DNA from: a virus
Taxonomy: Duplodnaviria; Caudoviricetes
Strand: one strand, 5' to 3'
IMG/VR virus record: IMGVR_UViG_3300044936_000107
Coordinates: 1-24,684 of that record
DNA length: 24,684 nucleotides
The position numbers and the translations under genes were made by a program. Within the stretch, counting starts at the first letter, position 1. Each line of letters begins with the position of its first letter. This document shows positions 6,053 through 15,400 of the stretch, piece by piece. Under the pieces are notes generated by a model that worked only from the letters and a program-made list of their open reading frames with translations, made no database searches and was not told the DNA's origin.

Positions 6053-9000
6053 GATTCCTTCTCCTTGGCTTCGAGGGCTTCGAGGCGGGCGGTCAGGTCG
6101 GCGATCTGGTCACGCTGCTGTTTCACGATGCGGATCAGTGCGGCCCCGATGCGCTCGTAGGCGACACCATCCACCTGCCCGTCGTAGTCGTAGGTCGCGA
6201 ACGCTGGCGCCTTCTCAGCGACGTCCTCCGCGATCAACCCTGGCTTCCGCTTGAGATTCGACGGGACGTCCGTGGTCCTCGCGTAGGCTTCGGCGGCCTC
6301 GGGCCCGTGAGTGTCGAGGACTGTCTCGTACTCGGCCAGGCGTTCGGCCTCGCCCCGGTCGAAAAACCAGACCGGGTCCAGGTCCAACAGCTGCTGAACC
6401 TGATCCTCGGGGATCGGCTCGATGGAGAGCTTGAACTTGCTCAGCGACTGGCCCTTGTACAGGTACCCGGTGTCGGAGATGTAGACGTTCGCTGACCCGA
6501 CTGTCGTGTTCTTCGCCATGCCCAGCGACTTGATGGTGTAGAGCGTGTCTCCACCAGGATTTGAGTCGTTGATCTGAATCGTCTTCAACCCGCCGGACGG
6601 GTACTTTCCGTACAGTTCGGACGCCATAGAGAAGTTGCCGGGGAAGTCGAGGCGGGATTGCCCGTGGTCGCCCCCTGACGCGCTTGTGCCCGCCAGGAGT
6701 CGGAGTGCGGTCCGGGACGGGTACTTGCTGTTATTCGGGGGTCGCATGACGAGCGTGGGCTGGTCGGTGGCATAAGCCGGGTCGGAGTCGAATACGCGGA
6801 TCGTGCCTGGTGTGGTCTCCCCACCAATGTGGAATCCCAGGTACGCGCCACCATTGTCCCGGTTGATCTCAAAGTCATACCCAGACCCAGACCCAGGCCC
6901 AGACTGGTCACCGAGTAGCCGGAAAGTCGACCCCTCAATATCCGCACCACTGATCAGGTTGCCCTTGATCGTCTTACCGTTGATCGCATCCGCGATCAGG
7001 TCCACCACGGTGAGTGTTTGTGCCCAGAGTTTCTTGATGACGGCTTCGTTGAACGTGCCCGACCCGGTGACGACGAGTTGGGACACATCCAACTGGATGA
7101 TCTGCGCAACTGCCGCCGTCAGGGATTGAATGTCAGCCTCGGTGGCGCTGATCTTCTTCGCCGCAAAAATCTCCGCGAACAGTTTCGAGATGACGGCGTT
7201 GTTGATGGCGGCGGTGCCCGACGTCAGCTTCCCCACGTCGAGGTTGCTGATCATCTGCGTGGTGATCTGGGATGCCTGCCAACCCGACCCGTTCCAGTAC
7301 CATTCACCGATGACGTTCTTGGATCCGTCGATCTTCCGCCACACGTCACCGGTCGTGGTACCCGTACCCGACGGATTCGCCGTGGAGTAGTACACAGTGG
7401 ACTTCTTGCCCGCCATCGTCAACGCACTATCAGCGGAATCCTGAGCTGCACCTGCCGCAGTCATGGCATCGTTGGCGGCCTTCTGCGCTGCCGCAGCCGC
7501 CTGTGCCGCCTGCACGGCGGTCGCATCCGTCACCGGTGCCCACGTGTATCCGTCCCACCGGCGCGGCGTATTCACCGACGCACCCGGCGTAAACCAGGAC
7601 CCATCCGTGGACCCGGATTCCAGGGTCATCGAGTCCCAGTAGACCGGTGTGGTGGGTGAGCCGTTCATGAGGCGGAAGAACACACCACCCGTCGCTGTGG
7701 CGGGGACCGTGAACGTCACGGACAGGCGGGTCACGCCAGCAGCGTTGGGTGCCTGACTTGAGGTCGCGTAGACGTAGTTGGTGGCCCCGGCCCCGTCGAC
7801 GGTGCCGACCGTGATCTTCCGGGCCGCAGAGTCCAGGGTGCCGGTCTGCACGGCAGTGATCCGGATCGTTGCCGCGAGCGTCCACGTGGACCCCGGCACC
7901 AGACCATAAGCAGCAGCAGCAGCAGCAGCAGCACCGCTGCCGTTGCTGACCGGGTAGAACGATGCGGCGTTCGACGAACCGTTCGGAGTGATCTTCAGCG
8001 ACTGGGTGCCTGTATCAGCCCAGTCCGTCACCACCTCATTCCTGGCACCACCACCATTTCCAGTGAGAAGGTCACCCTGCTTCAGCCCGCTCTCGAAGGA
8101 CGGGTTCACGAAGAGGTTCGTCCGGTCCCGGGTGTCGATCCACAGGGTGGTGGGCTTCCTCAGTGCCTCGGCTGGCACCTGGTCGCCGATGAGCACGTCA
8201 CCTTTACCCGCCGCGATCCCCGCCGCCGTAGCAGCATCCTGGCCCGCCTGATCTGCAGCCTCCTGCGCATCCGACGCGGCCTGACCCGCACTCGTGGCCT
8301 TCCCATCAGCCTGCGAAGCGAGCAAGCCCGCATCCTTCGCGTCCTGCGCAGCCTCAGCCACATCCTGCTCCGCCTGATCCAGACGCCCCTCAGCCGCGTC
8401 CAGGCGCTCCTTCGCCGCGTCGATGTTGCCTTCCGAGTCGGAGAGCTTCTGATCCAGCTCCACCAGGGCAGCATCCAACTCAGGGTCATCAGCGAGCGCG
8501 GGGACCGTGGCCTCAACAGGTGCGGTCGGTTCGGACTGGATGCCTGCGAGGGTGACCGCAACGAGGCGGACGTCATACGTGCCGGGGTCCAGGCTCGCGC
8601 TGATCGTGCCGCCCGTGGTGGACGTGATCACGCCAACCAGGGTGTGCAAGTCCGGCACCCAGTCGTCCTCGAGCAGGTCGGGGTCTACCGGGTCGTCCGG
8701 GTCGTCGGATTCGAGGCCGGTCGCCGGGTTCGCGTACACGTGCACCGCAGACAGGTCCGTCGGTGCCGGTGCGTCGTCGGTGTAGGTGCCGTCCCACTGC
8801 ACGATCAGGGCACCAGTCACGCCCGCCACAGTCGGGGCCGTGGGTGTGGCGGGGGTAGGGCCTTGCGGGTACGTGACCGACAGGCTCCCACCCGTCGTAT
8901 CCCACACGGCGACCGGGTTCCCGTCCTGGTCCTTCATCGTCAGGCTGCCCGCGTCGATGGCCGCGTTGGAGAGGCGGCCTGCCCGCTCCAGTTTCGCGAT

Positions 9001-9072
9001 GCGCTTGTCCTGCTCTGCACCCTTGGCCACCAGCGCCTCGATAGCGCGCAGGTCGGGCTTGTTCTCACTCAT
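6049..9072 (-). CDS. Tail fibre / receptor-binding protein with C-terminal intramolecular chaperone (S74-like), about 1007 aa
   Basis: ATGA overlap at 9069-9072; FN3-like N-terminal region, Ala-rich coiled coils, NLFVNPSFE CBM4/9-like domain, C-terminal SLSKFK..GLIAEDV..VAYERIG..LEALE chaperone pattern (about 6049-6447). Confidence 0.85.
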   Translation of the reverse strand: MSENKPDLRAIEALVAKGAEQDKRIAKLERAGRLSNAAIDAGSLTMKDQDGNPVAVWDTTGGSLSVTYPQGPTPATPTAPTVAGVTGALIVQWDGTYTDDAPAPTDLSAVHVYANPATGLESDDPDDPVDPDLLEDDWVPDLHTLVGVITSTTGGTISASLDPGTYDVRLVAVTLAGIQSEPTAPVEATVPALADDPELDAALVELDQKLSDSEGNIDAAKERLDAAEGRLDQAEQDVAEAAQDAKDAGLLASQADGKATSAGQAASDAQEAADQAGQDAATAAGIAAGKGDVLIGDQVPAEALRKPTTLWIDTRDRTNLFVNPSFESGLKQGDLLTGNGGGARNEVVTDWADTGTQSLKITPNGSSNAASFYPVSNGSGAAAAAAAAYGLVPGSTWTLAATIRITAVQTGTLDSAARKITVGTVDGAGATNYVYATSSQAPNAAGVTRLSVTFTVPATATGGVFFRLMNGSPTTPVYWDSMTLESGSTDGSWFTPGASVNTPRRWDGYTWAPVTDATAVQAAQAAAAAQKAANDAMTAAGAAQDSADSALTMAGKKSTVYYSTANPSGTGTTTGDVWRKIDGSKNVIGEWYWNGSGWQASQITTQMISNLDVGKLTSGTAAINNAVISKLFAEIFAAKKISATEADIQSLTAAVAQIIQLDVSQLVVTGSGTFNEAVIKKLWAQTLTVVDLIADAINGKTIKGNLISGADIEGSTFRLLGDQSGPGSGSGYDFEINRDNGGAYLGFHIGGETTPGTIRVFDSDPAYATDQPTLVMRPPNNSKYPSRTALRLLAGTSASGGDHGQSRLDFPGNFSMASELYGKYPSGGLKTIQINDSNPGGDTLYTIKSLGMAKNTTVGSANVYISDTGYLYKGQSLSKFKLSIEPIPEDQVQQLLDLDPVWFFDRGEAERLAEYETVLDTHGPEAAEAYARTTDVPSNLKRKPGLIAEDVAEKAPAFATYDYDGQVDGVAYERIGAALIRIVKQQRDQIADLTARLEALEAKEKES
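7909..7932. repeat. Perfect (AGC)8 / (GCT)8 microsatellite encoding Ala8 in the fibre
   Basis: Directly visible: agc x8. Confidence 0.95.
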
Positions 9073-10532
9073 GCGTCTGTAGCCTCCAAACTCAGTTTCA
9101 CCTTGTCCGTCGACCCGGACATTGTGCGTTCTGTGATGCGGCACCACACATCCACGTCACCGACACCAGCGACCGGGCCGATCACGCGGATCAGGTCGCC
9201 GACGTCGTACTGGGTCCAGCGGGCGAACGGGTGATCCGTGACCGTGATCGAACTGATCTGCACGCCAGTGGCTTTCTTGACCTTCGCCAGTTCGCGGGCC
9301 GCGAGCTTCTCCAATGCCGCCGTGGTCTTCTGGTCCTGATCTGAGACGACCTTCACGCGGCGCACACGACCGCCCGCATCCCAACCAGATGACGCATGCA
9401 CAGTCTTCGAGCCTTCACCAGACCCGAGCACGTACACCTCCGTGTACGGGTCCGCATACGCGATCTCGGGGGCCTCTTGGAGGTTGACGCCGATCTCGAA
9501 GCGGAGGTCATCGTGACGGACCTGGCCCGGCTTGCGGAAGACGATCTGATGGGAGAGATCCTGTCCGTCCCACTTCGCCGATTCCGCCCATTCAGCCCCA
9601 GCGGTCACAAGGTCACCGAGCACACTGGACATGTCCTGTGTGTCCCACCAATTGATCGTGTACGGCTGCGCAGCCTGCTCGTCCAGCGCGGAGAGGGCAT
9701 CCTTCGTCTTGTCGTAAGCGGTCTTAGCCTTGGCCGTGGCGGCCTTCGCGTTCTTCTCCCAGACCTTCGACTTCTCCCACAAGGTGTAGGTGGCGGTCGC
9801 AGTCGGGCGAGACACCCACTTCTTCGACTTCGCGTTGTACGACTTCAGGGTCTTCGCGCTGGTGGAGGTGTCCATCCACACGGTGGTGGTCATGGCCGTG
9901 GTCGGGGCGGTCTTCCGCTTGACGATCTTCCCGATTTTCGACATCCCGCACTCGTGGAAGATGGACGCCCACGCGGACTTGGTGCGGCTGCTCGCGGTGG
10001 CCTGCTCCGACTTCGCGTTCTCCCAGAGCGCCTGAGCCGCCGTGTTCTTGGTGTTGGCGGTCTTCCACGCTGCCGTGGCGTCCACGCCCACGGTCACGCC
10101 CGGCACGGACCCGGTGATGGTGATCGGCAGGCCGCCGTGATTGAAGCGAACGTAGTCGGCCAGGAGGTATTGGGCGACCGTGACCACGGGCATCTGGATG
10201 AGATTCCTGTGGACACCACGATACGGGCAGCCTGTGAGCACCATGCTGATGCCGCCCGCCTCCACACTCGTCGACGTGGCACCGGGTGTCACCTGATCCA
10301 CGAGACCAACCTGGATGATCCGATCCTGGTCATCCTCCACCACGAGGACGGCATCCCACTCACTGATGAACCGTCGACCATCCTCGGCCTTCCGGTTCGC
10401 GTAATCGGCAGGGACCGTGATCGACACGGCGCCCGGGCCATTCAGGGTCTCCGTCGTATCGACCGCCGTCGCCGGAACCTCATGATCCAACCACAAGCCA
10501 GACAGTGGCCGGCCAAGATGCACACGCACCAC
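9069..10532 (-). CDS. Minor tail protein (baseplate hub / Tal-like, 487 aa)
   Basis: Position between the Dit region and the fibre; ETLNGPG N-terminal and VYVLGSGEG / YDVGDLIRV C-terminal patterns typical of siphovirus minor tail proteins. Confidence 0.75.
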   Translation of the reverse strand: MVRVHLGRPLSGLWLDHEVPATAVDTTETLNGPGAVSITVPADYANRKAEDGRRFISEWDAVLVVEDDQDRIIQVGLVDQVTPGATSTSVEAGGISMVLTGCPYRGVHRNLIQMPVVTVAQYLLADYVRFNHGGLPITITGSVPGVTVGVDATAAWKTANTKNTAAQALWENAKSEQATASSRTKSAWASIFHECGMSKIGKIVKRKTAPTTAMTTTVWMDTSTSAKTLKSYNAKSKKWVSRPTATATYTLWEKSKVWEKNAKAATAKAKTAYDKTKDALSALDEQAAQPYTINWWDTQDMSSVLGDLVTAGAEWAESAKWDGQDLSHQIVFRKPGQVRHDDLRFEIGVNLQEAPEIAYADPYTEVYVLGSGEGSKTVHASSGWDAGGRVRRVKVVSDQDQKTTAALEKLAARELAKVKKATGVQISSITVTDHPFARWTQYDVGDLIRVIGPVAGVGDVDVWCRITERTMSGSTDKVKLSLEATDA

Positions 10533-10540
10533 GAACCCCC

Positions 10541-11578
10541 TCAGTCGGCTTGCAGATCAGTGTCCGGGCGCTCCAGCCACTCGATGTCGAGGATCACGCC
10601 CGAAGTGCCGGTCATGTAGAGCTTCCCCGTGCGGGTGTTGTCCCCACGCTTGCCACGGAACACGAAGGGCTGCCGGGTACCGCGCCACGCCGACGGGATC
10701 GGCACCTCGTCAGCTACCTTGAAATCCTGGCAGTACCCCGTGGACTTCTCGTCCGCGTTCCATCCGTAGGACTGTGTCTGATGGTCCGGGGCGGCGTTGA
10801 AAGCGTTGGGCCCGTAGGAGATCGCGAAGTAGCCGTATCCCGAATCCGGGGGCACATTCACCGACAGCCACTCGCCGGTGATCTGCATGCGGGTGGCCCA
10901 CTTCGGAATGTCGACCATCCACTTACCATCACCGCCTGCATTGTCCACATTCGGGAAGACCTCGTAGCTCGCGGCAGCGTTGAGTTCCAGCTTGTAGCCG
11001 GTGTCATCAGCGTTGATCAGTGGCCTCACCAGCCGGGTCGTGTCCTTGCGGGACATGGCGATATGCCGCAGGTCCGTGATCATGGCCTTCGTGACCGTGC
11101 CCGTCGAGGCGGGCAGCGTGACCTTCGCCAGCAGCACCGCCGGGTAGGCCAGGTTGAGGGCGTCCACCTCGGTCAGGCCCGACGAGACGCCCTCAATCAC
11201 CTGGATCTTCGCGTAGTCGTAGGACTGCACGTCGGAGGGATGGATCCCGGTGAGGCCAGTGTCATCGACCCTGGCAATGATCGCATCCGTCCGCCCACCA
11301 CTGGACCCGGTCGCCTTGATCGACACGTTCGTGGCCGTCCGGTTGCGCATCGAGTAGGACTCCTGCGCCGCTCCCGGGTACGTGGACGGGACCACGCACC
11401 CTCCCGTCTTCACCTGCACCTGCGGGCCAGGCACTGCAGTCGGGACCACGGCCATCGACGCGGCACCGATCACGCCACGCTGCCCGCCCGTCGCCGCCCA
11501 CAACACTGTGCGTGCGCTCGATGAGGGGTGCGCGACCCCGGCTTCTTCCACTAGCCACGGCACGTTATCCATCGCCAT
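10541..11578 (-). CDS. Minor tail protein (345 aa)
   Basis: AAGGAG SD before ATG 11578 (the ORF-track start at 11872 overlaps Dit); RTDAIIARV and LLAKVTLPA..ITDLR motifs of actinophage minor tail proteins. Confidence 0.8.
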   Translation of the reverse strand: MAMDNVPWLVEEAGVAHPSSSARTVLWAATGGQRGVIGAASMAVVPTAVPGPQVQVKTGGCVVPSTYPGAAQESYSMRNRTATNVSIKATGSSGGRTDAIIARVDDTGLTGIHPSDVQSYDYAKIQVIEGVSSGLTEVDALNLAYPAVLLAKVTLPASTGTVTKAMITDLRHIAMSRKDTTRLVRPLINADDTGYKLELNAAASYEVFPNVDNAGGDGKWMVDIPKWATRMQITGEWLSVNVPPDSGYGYFAISYGPNAFNAAPDHQTQSYGWNADEKSTGYCQDFKVADEVPIPSAWRGTRQPFVFRGKRGDNTRTGKLYMTGTSGVILDIEWLERPDTDLQAD

Positions 11579-11592
11579 GATGTCTCCTTGTC

Positions 11593-12471
11593 TTAGTGCT
11601 GCATTGCTGTGTAGGCGTCGCGCCAGTACACGGTCGCGGACGCTGTGCCCGTGGCGTCGGTCGCCTCGAAGTACCACTCGCTGTGACCACTCGGGACCAC
11701 CAGGCGGGAGAGGCGGGTCCGACGATCCAAGTCCCCGGCCACACTGGCACGGGGAGGAGTCTTGATGATCGTGGAATCCCACGCACTGATCGTCACCGTC
11801 TGGTCGTACGCGATGCTCCCGACGTAGCCGATCTTGTAGCCCTTGTCCGTGGTGAGGATCGGGTTCGTGCACGGGCCATGGAAGACCACGCGTGCGGGAC
11901 TGGGCAGGTCACCCGCATTGTCGATCCCACCCACACGCGGCTCACCACTGGCCACCGTCGTAATCGGCGCCACCAGTGGCGCGATGATCCCACCATGGGA
12001 GGCAGGGACCACCGGGATCACCACACTGTGCTCTGCTGCCGAGTAGTGCGCCGGATCGAGCTGCTGGAACTCAGCTGTCACATCCACGCGACCCTGGATT
12101 GCCATTCGATCCGGGTTCGGGCCCGTATACGGTCCAGGGCGCCCGTACACCCGGTACCAGGTCTCCCCGCCATCCAGGCTGTAGTCCAACGGCTGCGTGG
12201 TCGTGGAATCCCGCACCGTCGGCGCCTTCCACACCTGCTCAATGGCAGCCACAGCATCGAACGCCTCCGCGAGGGTGCGCGGCTGGTAGCTGGTCCGGGC
12301 ATTGAACTGCCACGCACCCGCCCCCAACCAATCCCGGCTCGGGAGAATGCCGTCACGGTTGAGACGCTCCACGTACTCACTGCGGAGATCCGTGGTGGGG
12401 ACCGTGAACTCGGTGATGCCCACCAAGTCACGGTCCCCACCGAACGTCACGCCCCTGTACTTGATCTGCAC
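11593..12471 (-). CDS. Distal tail protein (Dit)-like (292 aa)
   Basis: Immediately follows the TMP; AAGGAGGT SD; RVYGRP, FQQLDP, NAGDLPS..FHGPCTNP and C-terminal WRDAY patterns. Confidence 0.8.
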   Translation of the reverse strand: MQIKYRGVTFGGDRDLVGITEFTVPTTDLRSEYVERLNRDGILPSRDWLGAGAWQFNARTSYQPRTLAEAFDAVAAIEQVWKAPTVRDSTTTQPLDYSLDGGETWYRVYGRPGPYTGPNPDRMAIQGRVDVTAEFQQLDPAHYSAAEHSVVIPVVPASHGGIIAPLVAPITTVASGEPRVGGIDNAGDLPSPARVVFHGPCTNPILTTDKGYKIGYVGSIAYDQTVTISAWDSTIIKTPPRASVAGDLDRRTRLSRLVVPSGHSEWYFEATDATGTASATVYWRDAYTAMQH

Positions 12472-12475
12472 AGGG

Positions 12476-15400
12476 TCACCTCCTTGCCTTCAACGTCGCG
12501 TACTTCAACCGGTCAACGACTTCCTGACCAGACACGGCCTCGTTCGCGTTGACGATGTACGTATCACCCTCACGCGTCGTTGCGGCGTCGTGCTGCTGCA
12601 CGGCGGCCTTGAGAGTCCGCCACTGCATCGCGGTGAAAACCGGCTCGGGCTTCCCCGACAAGTTGATGCCGGTCTGGCCCGGACGCATCCATCCGCCCTG
12701 GTCGTAAACCGCCGGGGTGGGGAGGATGCCACCGTCCTTGTACCAGTGCGGGTCCCGAGACAGCCACTTGCTGTAGGCGTTGGCCGGGGTCCCGTAGGTG
12801 TCCCTGATGTATTTCAGACCCCACTTGGCCTGGCCAGCGACTGTCTTCTCCACCGGCCCGTGAAGGTCGGTCATCTTCTGGAAGAGGCCACGCGCCGGAC
12901 TGGACGAGTTAGCGGCCTTCGGGTTCCACGACGACTCACCCTGCACGAGGTGGTCCAGGGCCTTCCACTGGGCACCCTTGTTCCACCCGTACTTCTTGGC
13001 GACCGACTTCACCTGGTCCTTGACCGGGCCGCCCTTGAGCGCACCGGCGACACCGCCGCCGGTTGCGGAACCAGACATGTCCTCTCCCACGACCTTGCCC
13101 CAGAGTCGGTGTCCGAGGCTCTTGATCTTCTTCAAGGGTTTCGCGACGAGCGACTTCACGCCGGATGTCATGGATTGAATCCAGGGGCTGTCGGCCAGGG
13201 ACTTGATGCGGTCCTTGAAACCGGACGTGATCGCCCCGAACTTCTTCCCGATGCCCTTGATGAAGCCACCCACACCACCAGCGACCTTTTTGCCCAGCCC
13301 GGCGAGCTTCGCGAGCCAGCCTTCATTCTTCTTCTGCTTGGCAGTCTGGGCCGGGGCCTCAGCCGCGGCCCCGGCCCCAGCCCCGGCGAACACGTCGCCG
13401 CCCTTGGGCATGGACCCGCCGTAGAGGATCGAAGCCGGGTTCACTGGCGACTTGTAGTAGTTCCCTCCGTTCCACCACTCGAAATGCAGGTGAGGGCCGG
13501 TGACGTGGCCCGTGGCGCCGGACCAGGCGATCTGCTGGCCCGCGTTCACGTGCTGGCCCGGCTTCACCCACGACCGGGACAGGTGCCCGTAGTAGGAGTG
13601 GTGGTTGCCAGCGTGGTCGAGGAAAACACCCTTGCCGGTGCGTCCGGTGATGATGTTCCAGCCGGTCTTGGCGACCTTGCCGTCCATGACCGCGTACACG
13701 GGCGTGCCGGTGCCGACCGCGAGGTCGTCACCCTGGTGCTTGCCACCGGCGCGGCTCTCACCGAAGTTGTGGAAATCGGTTTGCCACCCGTGCAGCGGCT
13801 TGACGAGCCCACCATCCTTGAATGCCTGCCCCTGGCCGAGGGCAGACTTCACACCTGCCACGCCGCCTGTGCGGGCGGCCGCGTTGATCCCGTTCACCCA
13901 CCCGGACCCGACGGCCCGGGTGAACTCCGGGCGCATGACGGCCTCGCCGCCTGAGAGGTCCAGGGCTCCACCGGTGGGGGAGTAGTAGTGGTGGACGTCC
14001 CGGCCCGGCGTGTACCCGGGGGTCACACCACCGGTACGGTACTTGATCGGGTCAATCTTCTTCAGCGTCTTGCCGCCGAAGACCTTCGTGACCCCGTTCC
14101 ACAACGGCTTGATGCCCTTGTTGTAGACCCATTTGATCACAAAATTCACGGGTGCAGCCGCGATCTTCTTCAGCCCGTCCCACGCGGTCTTGATCGCCTT
14201 CTTCGCAATCTTGAACGAGTCCGCGACCGAGCCGATGACCTTCTTCACGGCTTTGAACACTGGGTGGAGGACGTGGTCCCACACCCACTTCATCCCGTTG
14301 GTCATGCCCTTCCACCCGGCCTTGATCCCGTTGAAGGCGGGCTTCAGGGCGTTGGTCCAGAGCCACTTCCCGACAACGCCAGCCGCCTTGAAAATCGGCT
14401 TAATGAGCGTCCGGTAGACGATGCCGATCCCGGCGCCGAGGGCCCTGAATCCGGTCTTGATCCACCCGAAGGCTGGCTTTAGTGCGTGCGTCCAGAGCCA
14501 CCTGCCGATGGCTGCGTAGGCCTGGAAGATCGGCTTGATCACGGCCCGGTAGACGATGCCGATGGCCGTGCCGAGGGCTTTGAAGCCTGCCTTGATCCAC
14601 CCGAAGGCGGGCTTAAGGGCGTTCTTCCACAGCCATCTGCCTACCGCAGCGAAGGCCTTGAATAGCGCCTTGATGATCACCCACTGTGCCAGGAATACCG
14701 TGGCGATGATCTTGAATCCGGTCCGCATCGCGAGGAAGGTGGGCTTTAGGATGTTGAGCCAGAGCCACTTTCCAATCGCTGCGAACGCGTGGAATACCGG
14801 CTTAATAATCGACTCGTAAACCGATTTGAGCCAGTCACCAATGGCCTTGAAGCCGGGCTTGAGCCAATTGAAGAATGGGCCAATCACATTATTCTTGAGC
14901 CAGTTCCAGATCTTCCCCCAGTTCTTGATCACCACGATGATCCCGGCGATCGCCAGACCGACCCCGGCTGCAATCGCCAGCCACGGGGACGCGGCCAGTG
15001 TCACGCCCAGCCAGGCGGCTGCCACGGCCCCCAACCCGATCGTCAGGCCCTGCAACACGCCCGGCGTCTTCGTCGCCCACGTCGTGAACTTCTCCACGGG
15101 ACCCAGCAGGGGTGCCACACCCTTGGAGAGCATGTTTTGGAAGGATCGCTTTGCTGTCTCGAGGCCGTTGGCTGCCCCTGAGTGCAGGGTGTCACCCATT
15201 TTCTTCGCGGTCCCGGCGAACTTGCCGGTCTCTTGGGTGGCGGGGTTGATCATCTTCAGGAACTCGGGCACGTTCTCCGTACCCAGGTCCTCAAGCTGGG
15301 TACCGAACAGGCTGATCGCCATGTTCGCCTTGTTTCCGGGGTCCTTCACGCCCTGCAACGCGGTGACGACTTGGCCCATGGCACCCTTGGCCTTGTCCCC

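Noticed and set aside
6880-6903. Four copies of CCCAG(A/G) in the fibre gene
   Set aside because: Short imperfect repeat encoding a Gly/Ser linker; no further evidence of function.
5534-9072. Diversity-generating retroelement or invertible tail-fibre cassette
   Set aside because: No reverse transcriptase or invertase, and no template/variable repeat pair or flanking inverted repeats seen in this window.
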